A DNA stretch of 64,000 nucleotides from Phycisphaerales bacterium (GCA_052168315.1 JBQLZO010000097.1:65778-129777), one strand, 5' to 3'. Shown: positions 42,026-52,170, numbered from the stretch's first letter. The notes: generated by a model not told the origin, from the letters alone. Numbers and translations: made by a program.

Positions 42026-42952
42026 TCAACGGACGAATCGCAGCCCCGACGCATCGGGGCACAGCCCGGCCGCGTGCCCGCGCCGGAGCAGTTCGACCAC
42101 CGCGTCGTATCCGCCCTGCCCGCAGTCGATGGTCAGGGCGTTCACATACATCCCGACAAACTCATCCATGATGTCCCACGCCATCTTCTCCGCGAACCGG
42201 CGTGATGCATCCAGCCCGCGCGCACGCTCACGCAGCGCGTGCTCGATCGAATTGCGGAGCAGCGCCGCCACCTCGCGCAGCGATCCTTCGCCGAACCGCT
42301 CATCGATGTCCGCTCGGATCACATTCGCGCCCAGCGGCAGCGGCAGCCCGGTTTCTCGCTTCCACCACGCGCCCTCATCCTCGATCAGCGTCAGCCCGGC
42401 CTTCTGGAAGGTCAGCTGTCCCTCGTGGATCACGACCCCCGCATCGCAGACCCCGTCGCGCACCGCGGGGATCACATGATCGAACGGCATCACCTTGTAA
42501 CGGAACGCCCGCCCGAGCATCAGCCGCAGCACGAGGAACGCGGTCGTCTTCTCCCCAGGCACGCCCACGCACACATCCGGATCGCACAGCCGCTCGATCG
42601 CCATCGGCTCCCGGGCGACGATCTTGGGGCCGTACCCGTCGCCGAACGAGCAGCCGGTCGCCAGCAGCGCGTACCGCCCCGAGGCGTGCGAGAGGGCGTG
42701 CATGGAGATCGCGGTGATGTCAAGGTCACCGGTCTCGATCGCGCGGCGGTTCAGATCCTCGATGTCCGCGGCGATCGCGCTGAATCGCCACCGCCCGGTG
42801 TCGATCGCGGGGCGATCGAAGCCGCCGCCGCCTTCGCCGCCCGCGGGTGTCGATCGCTCGACCCCGAGCTTCTCGGGCACCGCCGCCGCCGCGCCGATCG
42901 GCCACCACATGAACGCATCGTCCGCGTCCGATGAGTGCCCGAGGGTCAGCAT
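42026..42952 (-). CDS. MqnA/MqnD family protein (futalosine-pathway menaquinone biosynthesis; probably 1,4-dihydroxy-6-naphthoate synthase-like)
   Basis: The N-terminal LTLGHSSDADDAFMWW is typical of the MqnA/MqnD periplasmic-binding-protein-like fold. The start was taken at the Met of MLTLGH. Confidence 0.6.
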   Translation of the reverse strand: MLTLGHSSDADDAFMWWPIGAAAAVPEKLGVERSTPAGGEGGGGFDRPAIDTGRWRFSAIAADIEDLNRRAIETGDLDITAISMHALSHASGRYALLATGCSFGDGYGPKIVAREPMAIERLCDPDVCVGVPGEKTTAFLVLRLMLGRAFRYKVMPFDHVIPAVRDGVCDAGVVIHEGQLTFQKAGLTLIEDEGAWWKRETGLPLPLGANVIRADIDERFGEGSLREVAALLRNSIEHALRERARGLDASRRFAEKMAWDIMDEFVGMYVNALTIDCGQGGYDAVVELLRRGHAAGLCPDASGLRFVR

Positions 42953-43154
42953 CGCGCGAACGCGGTCGTTCTCAGTGGTTCTCGGCGGATCGGCGCTTGG
43001 TCCGGGCATGCCACACAGCGTAGGTCGCACGCTCTCCGTGTTCACTCGGCCTGCTGCGAGCCCGGCGCACGCCCTGCCAGACACCGGCGCCCCTTTGGTC
43101 GGCTTGCCCCCGCAAACCTACACTCCCGATCCGACCCGCCACACGAGCCGCCGC

Positions 43155-43646
43155 ATGGCCAAGAACAAGAAGAAACAGAAAGACCTGGAGCCGGAGATCC
43201 TCAACCGCAAGGCGCGGCACAACTATCACATCGACGACACCATCGAGGTCGGGATCAAACTGCTGGGCACCGAGATCAAGTCCATCCGCGAAGGACGGAT
43301 CTCCCTCGCTGAGGGGTATGTCCGCGCCCAGGAGCAGCCGCCGCTGCTGGAGGTCCACGGGATCCACATCGGCGAGTATGGGCCCGCCGGCGCCGGATCG
43401 CTGCAACACACGCCGATCCGCACCCGCAAGCTGCTGGCCCACAAGCGCGAGATCCTGAAACTCGCCAAGGCCTCGGCCGCGAAGGGCATGACCATCGTTC
43501 CGCTGAAGGTCTACTTCAAGAACGGCTTCGCCAAGATGCTCATCGGCGTCGCCCGCGGCAAGGCGACCTATGACAAGCGAGAGGACATCAAGGAGCGAGA
43601 AGCCAAGCGCGACATCGATCGCGCGCTTTCCAAGAAGATCCGATGA
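43155..43646 (+). CDS. smpB: SsrA-binding protein
   Basis: The protein matches SmpB (KARHNYHIDDTIEVGIKLLGTEIKSIR...HIGEY...KLLAHKREI...GMTIVPLKVYF). The upstream in-frame extension of the listed ORF was rejected. Confidence 0.9.
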   Translation: MAKNKKKQKDLEPEILNRKARHNYHIDDTIEVGIKLLGTEIKSIREGRISLAEGYVRAQEQPPLLEVHGIHIGEYGPAGAGSLQHTPIRTRKLLAHKREILKLAKASAAKGMTIVPLKVYFKNGFAKMLIGVARGKATYDKREDIKEREAKRDIDRALSKKIR

Positions 43647-43692
43647 CAGAGGCCAATCGACCTGTTCCGCAAGTTGCGGCGCGGATATGGAG

Positions 43693-45972
43693 TTAGGGCG
43701 CAACAGGGATCGAAGGCACCATGATGCCCTTTACTGAAGCCGACTCACCGGTGCCGGCAAGCGTGAGGTTCGCGTTCAGCGACCCACTGATTGACACACC
43801 TGGCGGCAGCGTAAACCGCCCGATGCGTACATAGAACTGATTATCGCCGAACACCGCGGGATTCTGCTCGCCCAGCACGCTCGGTGGGGGAGTGAGGAAC
43901 CACAGTGCGCCGAAAGCACCTGTCCAACTCGTCTCGCTCAGCGCGGAGACCCCGCCGCCGGAACCAAGACCGATGATCGACGGCGCGCTCGGTTGTGGCA
44001 CGGCGATCGGCTCGGCCACATCCTCAAAGACGAGGAACGAGTCGAACGCGAGGCACGGCGCGGCAGGGATCAACGCCGGATTGGGTTCCTGATTGTTTCC
44101 TGCGGGATGGTGGTAAACCGAGCCACCGTCGATCTTCAAGCGGTTGTTTGCAGGATTGGATTCAACCAAAAGCACACGATGCGGCGCGGGCATCCTCAAG
44201 TACAGGTCGAAAGTTAGCGCGCCGCCCAAGTCAGGCTGCAACGCGATGTCTTGGTTGCACTGAACACCCGCGTTGTCGATGGGGAGCCAGAACCCGGTCA
44301 CGCCGACGGGCTCTTCTTCCTCTTCTTCTTCCGGCGGGCGAGGCTCGCCACCGCCGCCACCCGGCGGGCGTTCACCACCGCCTCCGCCACCGGGATCACC
44401 TCCGCCGGGCTGTCCGCCACCCCCACCGGGTGGCGGCTGCGGGCACTCGATGGCGTCACAGTCGGTTTCATCGCCCTGGTACACGCCCCCGAGCGCATCG
44501 CAATCGTCTTCCGACAGGCCATCCTGGCACTCGCCGGTGATGGCGAAGCAGCAGGCGCCGAAGCCGACCGGATCGACCGGCTGCTCGGGCTCCTCGGGCT
44601 CTTCACCTTCTCCGCCCTCCGGAGGTGTACCGCCGGAAGGCGGAGGATCTCCGACGAACGTGGACACGACGCTGGGAAGCGTGATCTCCACGGGAGTTGC
44701 GCCCTGGAGCCCGGTGATGGTGTAACTGACGGTCAGCGTGCCCGTGATGTCCTCGATGGTCGTGGGCGCCGTGAATCGCGCGATCCGGATCTCATGCCGA
44801 TTCCCGCGCGGGGAGGTCTGCGCGGGGCTGATGGTGAACCAGGTCGCGGTGATCGTCTGATCAGCGCCGGTCCCGAGGGTTGGCCCGGCGGCGAAGGTCA
44901 GCGGCACCCCACCCAGGTCGAAGTAGCTGTCGAACTCGATGCAGGGATCGGTCGCGATCAGCCCGGCGTTTGGCGAGGTGTTCCCGCCTCCGGCGATCTG
45001 CTGAAGCTTGCCGCCCACGATGCGGACCTGGTCCGATCCCGACGAGTCCACTGTCAGGATCCCCAACGGCTGAGAGAACGAAAGGTAAAGATCGACCGAG
45101 ACGAAACCCTGGAGTTCGGGGCAATCAGCGGCGTCGATCACGGCCGTGCGGAAAACCGCCTGCGGATCAACATCCGTGTTCCCGCCGACAATGTTGTTCC
45201 CGCCGCTCCCACCGCCGCCGCTCAGCGCGGGCGCGCTCGTGCCACCACCCGTTGTCGCGCCGCTCCCGCCGCGTCCAGCGGCCGTCGCTCCTGAATTGGA
45301 CAGCCCCGCGGACCCGGTCGCCGCACCCGGAGTGCCTCCGGAATTCCCCGTGGCACCCGTCGAGCCGCCGGCACCGCTCGTGGTGCGAGCGCCATCAGAA
45401 TCCGCTCCGGTGCCGGTGCCAGAGTCAATGGGAGTTTCCTGAGCATTGGAGCGCCCCGCCGATCGCTGCGAAGCGGCCTGGTTCATCTGATTCATGCGAG
45501 CGCGCTGCTGCGCCTCACGAATCGCCTGAGCGCGAGCGATTTCCTGCTGGCGGTTGATCGCCGAACGATCCGGCACGGGGGTAGGCTCCGGTCTCCCGTC
45601 GATCCTGCGTGGGGTGCCGCGCGGCGGGGGCGCACTCACTGGGTTCTCGCCAGCGGCCTCCTGCACGGCCGGTTGGATCTGTTCCGCCCGAAGCCGCCCT
45701 CCGGAATTGGTCGTCGGTGGAGGGGCCCCTTCCCCCTGCGGCGCGCGGACCTGAGCTCCGACGATCGGGCGCTCAGGCTGAGCCACCGAGCGCCCTCCCG
45801 AGTTCATCATCAGGCCAGAACCCGAACGCCCTGGCACGGTTCGATTTGCCTGCAAGGTCCGAGGACTGTCGGACGAGCGATCCGGCTCATCGCCGCTTGG
45901 AATGAGCATCACCCCAGCAGCCGCGAGCACCACGAACAGACCGATCAGAATGGCGACAACCTTGGGGTTCAT
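43693..45972 (-). CDS. large membrane-anchored low-complexity protein with an internal domain duplication and a Cys-rich module
   Basis: An N-terminal transmembrane helix (VVAILIGLFVVLAAAGVML) is followed by long Gly/Ser/Thr/Ala- and Pro/Gly/Glu-rich tracts. Two homologous ~130-aa modules each contain FDLYL...DPCIEFDS/APCLAFDS. A Cys-rich block (CCFAITGECQDGLSEDDCDALGG...CDAIECP) is also present. Confidence 0.7.
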   Translation of the reverse strand: MNPKVVAILIGLFVVLAAAGVMLIPSGDEPDRSSDSPRTLQANRTVPGRSGSGLMMNSGGRSVAQPERPIVGAQVRAPQGEGAPPPTTNSGGRLRAEQIQPAVQEAAGENPVSAPPPRGTPRRIDGRPEPTPVPDRSAINRQQEIARAQAIREAQQRARMNQMNQAASQRSAGRSNAQETPIDSGTGTGADSDGARTTSGAGGSTGATGNSGGTPGAATGSAGLSNSGATAAGRGGSGATTGGGTSAPALSGGGGSGGNNIVGGNTDVDPQAVFRTAVIDAADCPELQGFVSVDLYLSFSQPLGILTVDSSGSDQVRIVGGKLQQIAGGGNTSPNAGLIATDPCIEFDSYFDLGGVPLTFAAGPTLGTGADQTITATWFTISPAQTSPRGNRHEIRIARFTAPTTIEDITGTLTVSYTITGLQGATPVEITLPSVVSTFVGDPPPSGGTPPEGGEGEEPEEPEQPVDPVGFGACCFAITGECQDGLSEDDCDALGGVYQGDETDCDAIECPQPPPGGGGGQPGGGDPGGGGGGERPPGGGGGEPRPPEEEEEEEPVGVTGFWLPIDNAGVQCNQDIALQPDLGGALTFDLYLRMPAPHRVLLVESNPANNRLKIDGGSVYHHPAGNNQEPNPALIPAAPCLAFDSFLVFEDVAEPIAVPQPSAPSIIGLGSGGGVSALSETSWTGAFGALWFLTPPPSVLGEQNPAVFGDNQFYVRIGRFTLPPGVSISGSLNANLTLAGTGESASVKGIMVPSIPVAP

Positions 45973-46301
45973 GCGCTCCTTCGATCAACCAACCCTAGCG
46001 TGCCTCGCGGGACGCTCCAAGACCCATTCCCCGTTGTGCCAGCGGCCACCGGCCAAGTTCCGGCTCAGGGCGTCAACCGTCCCAACGGTTCCATCGTCCG
46101 AGAGTCCTGCCATCGCACGCTGAATCGCGGGAATCCGCCACATTTGGGGCCGCGCGCTCGCGCGATGTGCCTGCCCGAAGCGTGTGAGTACGCCTGATCG
46201 GCGATACGCTCCTCAAGTTGTAGTGCCCGGCACGGTGTCCGGATGCACGAACCCCATGATTTGGGTTTGAGTGATTCCCCCCAGTCCAGAAAGACGAAAA
46301 C

Positions 46302-47834
46302 ATGTCCTCTGCGATTCGGCATCTGAGCGGATGGGCCATCGCTGCAGCGGTGGGCCTTGCCTTTGGCACATATTCCCATGCCGATGCAGGAGATGGACTC
46401 CGCGTGGTGACATGGAATGTCACGAACTACTCCAGTGGGCGAATCGACGCCTTCGGCACATCGATCTACGCGGAATTCGAGGGGCGTTCGATGTCGCCGG
46501 ATGTGTTCGTCGGGCAGGAATTTCTCTCTCAGAGCGGCGTGAACAACTTCCTCGCGATCTTGAACAGCGCCCCCGGAACCCCGGGTGACTGGGCGGCCGC
46601 TCCGTTTCAAAACGGCGCTGACACTGATAACGCATTTTTTTATAGGACCTCGAAGATTGAGTTCCTTGGAATGACGGTCGTTTCGCAAGGCTCGCCCGCA
46701 CCCAACCATCCGCGGGATGTGAACCGGTACGACATCCGTCCGGTCGGATACGCCTCAGACGAGGCCGTCATCGCGATCTATTCCTCGCACATGAAGGCCG
46801 GATCGGGGAGCGCTGATCAGGCCCGCCGGCTCGTTGAGGCCCAAGAGATCCGGAGCGATGCCGAGTCGCTCAACCCCGCGTGGAACATCATGCTGGGCGG
46901 CGACTTCAACATCCAGTCCTCCAACCAGGGCGCGTACCAGTGGATGGTCGGCTCGCAGGCCAATAACGACGGCCGGCTCTTCGACCCTATCGCCACGCCC
47001 GGGTCATGGAACAACAACGGGAGCTACCGCTTTGTGCACACCCAGGACCCGGCCGGGGCCGGCGGCATGGACGATCGCCACGACCAGCTCCTCATCTGCG
47101 CGGACCTGCTCGATGGACAAGGGCTGGACTACATCGGGGCCTTCCCGATCCCCTACTCAACAACCACCTGGGACGATCCGAACCACTCGTACCGATCGTG
47201 GGGCAACGACGGCACCTCCTTCGACCAGAGCCTTCGCATCGCAGGGAACACGATGGTCGGCGCCGAGATCGCTCAGGCGCTCGTCACGACCACCAACGGC
47301 CAGGGACACCTCCCGGTTTTCCTTGACTTGCGCCTCCCGGCCGCCATTGCCGGGCCCGCGACGATCAACATTGGCACCATCGAAGTCGGCACGCCCGTCG
47401 AACTGGCATTTGAGATCACCCACGCTGGAGATACGGGCCTCTGGGGAACCAACGGGCTTGAGGCGCTCGAATACGCCATGAACGCCTCCCCTGGGCTCGA
47501 TGTACCCGGTGGCGTCTTCGAACTTCCCGCGGGCGCATCGCTGATGCACACGCTGATCGTCGACACATCCGAGCCCGGATTCGTCAATGGCGTGATCGAG
47601 ATCGCGTCGAACGCGCTGGACCAGCCGACCCTGACGATTCCCGTGCTCGGCGAGATCGTCGAGCCAACGATCTGCCCCGCTGACCTCACGCGCGATGGGG
47701 TGGTCGACTCGGACGATCTTGGTATCCTGCTCGGCGCGTTCGGTTCCGGCTCCGCCGGCGACATCAATGGCGACTCGGAAACCGACTCGGACGACCTGGG
47801 CATCCTGCTCAGCTTCTTCGGCACGCCCTGCTGA
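46302..47834 (+). CDS. secreted endonuclease/exonuclease/phosphatase (EEP) family protein with a C-terminal dockerin domain
   Basis: A signal peptide precedes an EEP domain (VVTWNV...LGGDFN...DRHDQL). The C-terminus carries two dockerin repeats (DLTRDGVVDSDDLGILLGAFG and DINGDSETDSDDLGILLSFFG). Confidence 0.8.
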   Translation: MSSAIRHLSGWAIAAAVGLAFGTYSHADAGDGLRVVTWNVTNYSSGRIDAFGTSIYAEFEGRSMSPDVFVGQEFLSQSGVNNFLAILNSAPGTPGDWAAAPFQNGADTDNAFFYRTSKIEFLGMTVVSQGSPAPNHPRDVNRYDIRPVGYASDEAVIAIYSSHMKAGSGSADQARRLVEAQEIRSDAESLNPAWNIMLGGDFNIQSSNQGAYQWMVGSQANNDGRLFDPIATPGSWNNNGSYRFVHTQDPAGAGGMDDRHDQLLICADLLDGQGLDYIGAFPIPYSTTTWDDPNHSYRSWGNDGTSFDQSLRIAGNTMVGAEIAQALVTTTNGQGHLPVFLDLRLPAAIAGPATINIGTIEVGTPVELAFEITHAGDTGLWGTNGLEALEYAMNASPGLDVPGGVFELPAGASLMHTLIVDTSEPGFVNGVIEIASNALDQPTLTIPVLGEIVEPTICPADLTRDGVVDSDDLGILLGAFGSGSAGDINGDSETDSDDLGILLSFFGTPC

Positions 47835-47908
47835 TCGCCAGCCTGTGGCACGCCAAATGATGCCTCCGACGGGGATGTGACCCCGAGGATCGGGCCTACG
47901 ATGGGCGC

Positions 47909-49126
47909 ATGCCCTCGTCGATGGAACAGTCCGTCTGCGGCGTGCTCGCGTCGCGTGCTGGGTTGATGCGCGATGACCTCGCGCGACATGTCGCCATCCC
48001 GACCGGGCACAACCACACGCCCGGGCTTGAGGAATACCGCGGGATTGTCGTCGACCGCCTTGTGTCCCTCGGCGGCGTGCCGGAATTGATCCCGGGCGAC
48101 ACGCGCCCGTGGTGGATCGGAGGCCCGGGCGCACGCGAGGTTCCACGCGATCGCATCCCCCCCACTGTGATCGTGCGCCGGAGCGCCCCGCAGCGCCCGG
48201 GCTCCCGGCGAGCGCTGCTCGCGGGACATCTGGACACCGTGTTTCCCCCCGACGCCCGATTCCGGCGCATGGAATCCTCCGGCGATGGTCGGACCGCGAC
48301 AGGCCCCGGAGTTGTGGACATGAAGGGCGGGATTCTCATCGCGCTGAACGCGCTCGAAGCGCTGGGCGAGTGCGGTATCGATCTCCCGTGGCTGTTCGTG
48401 CTCAACTCCGACGAAGAAACGGGAAGCTATTTTTCCGAGCGTGCCCTTCGAACCGCCGCCCGCGAGGCGGATGTCGGGCTCGCATTGGAGCCCGCGCTGC
48501 CCGATGGCTCACTCGCGATCGAGCGGAAGGGCTCGGGCCAGTTCTTCATCGAAGCCCGTGGCACCTCCGCCCACGCGGGGCGCGATTTCGACAAGGGCGT
48601 CTCGGCCGTGTACGCGCTGGCCGAAGCGCTGCTGAAGGCCGAGTCGCTGGTCGATCTGGAGAACGGTGTGACCGTCAATGTGGGCCCGATCGTCGGCGGG
48701 AGCGCGACGAACGCCGTCCCGGACCGTGCCGGCGCGTGGGGCAACGCCCGTTATCCGACCCCCGAACTCGGGGAAGCGCTTGGACGAGCGATGGACCAGA
48801 TCGCCGGCATGGATGGGCGGGGCGCGTCGATCAGCGTGGAACGGTCGTTCAACCGTCCCGCCAAGCCGATCACAGAGGGCACGCGGTCCCTGGCGGAACT
48901 GGCTCGCACGATCGCCGTGTCGCTGGGGCAGGAACTTCCGTTCGCGTCCACCGGAGGTGTGTGCGATGGGAACATCCTCCAGGACGCCGGGCTCCCGACG
49001 ATCGATACCCTCGGCGTCCGCGGCGGAGGCCTGCACACCGAGCAAGAGTGGATCGAATTGGACTCGCTTGTTGAGCGCTCGCAGCTCCTGGCCTGCCTGC
49101 TCGCCCGGCTCGGCGGCTGGGACTGA
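47909..49126 (+). CDS. M20/M25/M40 family metallohydrolase (carboxypeptidase G2 / DapE-like)
   Basis: The protein has the M20 motifs LLAGHLDTVFP, VVDMKGG, NSDEETGS and the TSAHAG region. Confidence 0.8.
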   Translation: MPSSMEQSVCGVLASRAGLMRDDLARHVAIPTGHNHTPGLEEYRGIVVDRLVSLGGVPELIPGDTRPWWIGGPGAREVPRDRIPPTVIVRRSAPQRPGSRRALLAGHLDTVFPPDARFRRMESSGDGRTATGPGVVDMKGGILIALNALEALGECGIDLPWLFVLNSDEETGSYFSERALRTAAREADVGLALEPALPDGSLAIERKGSGQFFIEARGTSAHAGRDFDKGVSAVYALAEALLKAESLVDLENGVTVNVGPIVGGSATNAVPDRAGAWGNARYPTPELGEALGRAMDQIAGMDGRGASISVERSFNRPAKPITEGTRSLAELARTIAVSLGQELPFASTGGVCDGNILQDAGLPTIDTLGVRGGGLHTEQEWIELDSLVERSQLLACLLARLGGWD

Positions 49127-49272
49127 CGCGGGGTTCGCATTGTCGGGTTCGAGGTTGATTCGCCGGCGATCGCACTGAGCAACGCCGACCGAGAGAATCG
49201 AAAACACCGCCGGACGGGCACGCCGGCGCGACCAGCGAAGCCCGTTGGCTTCAATCATGAACGAGGTGATCG

Positions 49273-50760
49273 ATGGATCGTTCGACGATGGAGAGCACGA
49301 TGGCGACCGGCGTGTCAAACACCGGCGAAGACTTCCGCAACTCGCCCGCAGTGCGCGGGGCGGTCGATGCGATCATCGGCGAGTTGGAGGCCAGGCGGGC
49401 GCAGATCACCGATGTCTGCGGGCCGCGTTCGCCCGAGGCACGGCTCACCTTCGAGCGGTACATGGAGACGGCCGCGAGCGGGCGCGGGCGGGCCCTTGTC
49501 TACCCGCACATCGGATCCGGGTTCGGCAATGGCGCCCTGATCGAGCTGATGGACGGCTCGGTGAAGTTCGACATGATCACCGGGATCGGCGTCCACTTCT
49601 TCGGCCACTCCAACCCGGGCGTGGTTCGCGCCGCGCTCAATGCGGCCATGCAGGATGTCCCGATGCAGGGCCACCTGATGATGAATAAGGAGGCGATCGA
49701 GTTTGCCGAGGTGCTCCTCGGACAAGCCCGCCGCGGCAGCCGCCTTGAGCACGCGTTCCTCTGTAATTCCGGCGCGATGGCCAACGAGAACGCGCTCAAG
49801 GTGTGCATGCAGAAGTTCGATGGCGCCGCCCCGCGCGTGCTCGCGTTCGCGCATTGCTTCATGGGACGAACGCTCACGATGGCTCAGATCGGCGACTCGG
49901 CTGGCGGGCGGCAGGGGCTCCCGCTGAGCACCATGGTCGACTACATGCCGTTCTTCGACCGCGCCGCTGCGAAGCACATGTCCGCCGGCGATGTCTCGGG
50001 CTCCACCCGGTACATCGATATGGCCGTCTGGCACCTGGAGCAGTACATCGCCCGCTACCCCAAGCAGCACGCGTGCTTCGTGTTCGAACTCGTCCAGGGT
50101 GAGGGCGGATTCAACACCGCGCCGCCCGAGTTCCATCGGGCGCTGATGCAGGTCTGCAAGGGGCACGGCATCCCCGTCTGGGACGACGAGGTGCAGACAT
50201 TCGGGCGCACGACCGAGATGTTCTGCTTCGACACCTATGGCCTGGGCGACATGATCGACATCGTGACGGTCGGCAAGATGAGCCAGGTGTGCGCGGCATT
50301 GTTCACCAGCGACCTGAACCCGAAGCCCGGCCTGCTCTCGGCGACCTTCCTTGGTTCATCGGGAGCGCTCCATGTGGGCAAGCACATGCTCGAGACGCTC
50401 CGAGACACCGGGTTCTACGGCCAGGACGGTCGGATCGCCCGGCATCACGCGTTGTTCCGCGAGCAGGCCGAGGCGCTGATCGCCAGGCACCCGGACTGGT
50501 TCCCCGATTCGCCCGCCGTGGTAGAGAAAGTCGGCGGCATCGGCGGAATGATGCGGTTCACGCCGTTCGGTGGTCGAAAGGATCTCGTCACGAAACTCGC
50601 GCGAACCGCGTTCGATGAGGGCGTCGTGCTGTTCTTCTGCGGGCACGATCCATACCACATCCGGATGCTGCCACCGCTCGGCGCCATGCAGGATGAGCAA
50701 TGGCCGCGCGTGTTCGAATTGCTTGAGTCGGCCATGGCGAAGGTGGCCGCGGGAGCGTGA
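49273..50760 (+). CDS. class III (PLP-dependent) aminotransferase, lysine 6-aminotransferase-like subfamily
   Basis: The protein has the Aminotran_3 architecture, and motifs YPHIGSGFGNGALIELMDGSVKFDMITGIGVHFFGHSNP and DEVQTFGRT resemble the L-lysine 6-transaminase family. Confidence 0.8.
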   Translation: MDRSTMESTMATGVSNTGEDFRNSPAVRGAVDAIIGELEARRAQITDVCGPRSPEARLTFERYMETAASGRGRALVYPHIGSGFGNGALIELMDGSVKFDMITGIGVHFFGHSNPGVVRAALNAAMQDVPMQGHLMMNKEAIEFAEVLLGQARRGSRLEHAFLCNSGAMANENALKVCMQKFDGAAPRVLAFAHCFMGRTLTMAQIGDSAGGRQGLPLSTMVDYMPFFDRAAAKHMSAGDVSGSTRYIDMAVWHLEQYIARYPKQHACFVFELVQGEGGFNTAPPEFHRALMQVCKGHGIPVWDDEVQTFGRTTEMFCFDTYGLGDMIDIVTVGKMSQVCAALFTSDLNPKPGLLSATFLGSSGALHVGKHMLETLRDTGFYGQDGRIARHHALFREQAEALIARHPDWFPDSPAVVEKVGGIGGMMRFTPFGGRKDLVTKLARTAFDEGVVLFFCGHDPYHIRMLPPLGAMQDEQWPRVFELLESAMAKVAAGA

Positions 50761-50838
50761 TCACCGCGCCCGGTCGAATCGTCTCTGACATAGAGTCCGC
50801 ATCCGCCGCCCGCTCCCAGCACGAGAGGCACCGCATCC

Positions 50839-52170
50839 ATGTTCGTCGTCCGCGAAGCCAGCCTTGATGACCTGCCGACGCTGCTGGAGATGGCACGCGG
50901 GGTGAACTTCATCAACCTGCCGCCGCACGAGGATGTGCTCAAGCGAAAGATCGAATCATCGCAGCGTTCGTTCCGGGCCGCGCGCGCATCCGCCGATCCG
51001 CCCCACAATGACAAGCGGTGGGAGCGCGTCTACCTGTTTGTGCTGCACGATCTGGAAGGGCGCTGCGTGGGCACTTCCTCGATCAGCGCCGGCATGGGCA
51101 ACCCCGAGCATCCGAACCTTTCGTACCAGATCGTCAAGACGCTTCGTCGCAGCTTGACGCTCGCCGGGACAATGGACCACCCCTCAGGGATCGTCGAGAA
51201 TTACCTCCTGCGAATGTTCCGCGACCGATCATCCCCCACCGAACTCGGCGGGCTTCTTCTCCGGCCCCGCGTTCGCGGCGGGGGGCTCGGCAGGCTCATC
51301 GGCTGGACCCGGTTCCATTACATCGCCAGGCACCGTCCGTGGTTCTCGGATCGGATGCTCGCCGAGATGATGGCGATCCTCGATCGGTACAACGACGGAA
51401 ACGCTTTCTGGCGTGCGCTCCCGCGCAAGTTCATCAACATGTCCTACCAGCAGGCCGACCGCCTGAGCACGCGCGAGCGTGAGTTCATGTATTCGCTCCT
51501 GCCCGACCACATCAATCTCGCGCTGCTCCCCAGTGATGCGGTCGCCGTGATGGGCGAGGTAGGCGAGATGACAAGGCCCGCCCGCCGGATGCTCGAGGAA
51601 CTCGGTTTCCGGTATACGCACCGGATCGATCCCTTCGACGCCGGGCCGCATCTGGAGGCCAACACCGGCGACATCACCGCGATCCAACTCACAAGGAAGG
51701 CAACGATGGCGCGGGAACTCGAGCCCAGCGGATCCCCGGAGAAGCTCGGGTTGATCTCGGTCGAGCGCGACGACACCGGATTCGCCGCCGTCGCGGGGCG
51801 CTACTACGCCGAACTCGGTTCGAGCGAGGTGGCCCTCTCCGGCGAGATCGTGGATGCGCTCGGGCTCAAGATCGGCGATGAGGTCTGGGTCACTCCGTAC
51901 GACATCGCACCGCAGCCACCCGAGACCGAGCCGCTCCCGGTCGTGATGATCCCGGACATGAGCAAACTCGACTCCTATGAGATGGCCGAACTCTACGAGC
52001 ACACCGACGGGCGAGGTCCCTGGCCCGAAGAATCCAATCCCGAGGACTCCGGACCAGCGCATTCCAAGCCAGATGCACCGCATGTCGCGCCGGCGCCCAC
52101 GCCGGGCATCGTTCGCGGCAATGCGGCACTTCCGGAGTCGCCCGACCACGCCGCAGGAGGCACGCGATGA
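50839..52170 (+). CDS. arginine N-succinyltransferase (AstA)-family acyltransferase
   Basis: The protein is colinear with AstA. It has the N-terminal pattern MFVVREASLDDLPTLLEMARG (compare AstA MxVIRPVERSDVSALMQLA) and the C-terminal EELGFRYTHRIDPFDAGPHLEAN (compare AstA [23 protein letters not shown]). The downstream gene is translationally coupled. Confidence 0.65.
   Translation: MFVVREASLDDLPTLLEMARGVNFINLPPHEDVLKRKIESSQRSFRAARASADPPHNDKRWERVYLFVLHDLEGRCVGTSSISAGMGNPEHPNLSYQIVKTLRRSLTLAGTMDHPSGIVENYLLRMFRDRSSPTELGGLLLRPRVRGGGLGRLIGWTRFHYIARHRPWFSDRMLAEMMAILDRYNDGNAFWRALPRKFINMSYQQADRLSTREREFMYSLLPDHINLALLPSDAVAVMGEVGEMTRPARRMLEELGFRYTHRIDPFDAGPHLEANTGDITAIQLTRKATMARELEPSGSPEKLGLISVERDDTGFAAVAGRYYAELGSSEVALSGEIVDALGLKIGDEVWVTPYDIAPQPPETEPLPVVMIPDMSKLDSYEMAELYEHTDGRGPWPEESNPEDSGPAHSKPDAPHVAPAPTPGIVRGNAALPESPDHAAGGTR

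Noticed and set aside
40878-42062. 394-aa minus-strand ORF antisense to the second Ser/Thr kinase gene.
   Set aside because: It has a biased composition and no motifs. The plus strand carries complete kinase subdomains.
42624-43154. In-frame upstream extension of smpB (ORF 42624-43646).
   Set aside because: The extension is Ser/Ala/Arg-rich and antisense to the MqnA/D gene. SmpB homology starts at MAKNKKK (43155).
43647-43692. Possible tmRNA (ssrA) near smpB.
   Set aside because: No tRNA-like 3-prime end (a second GGTTCGAATCC T-arm with CCA-adjacent acceptor) occurs in the window other than tRNA-Glu.
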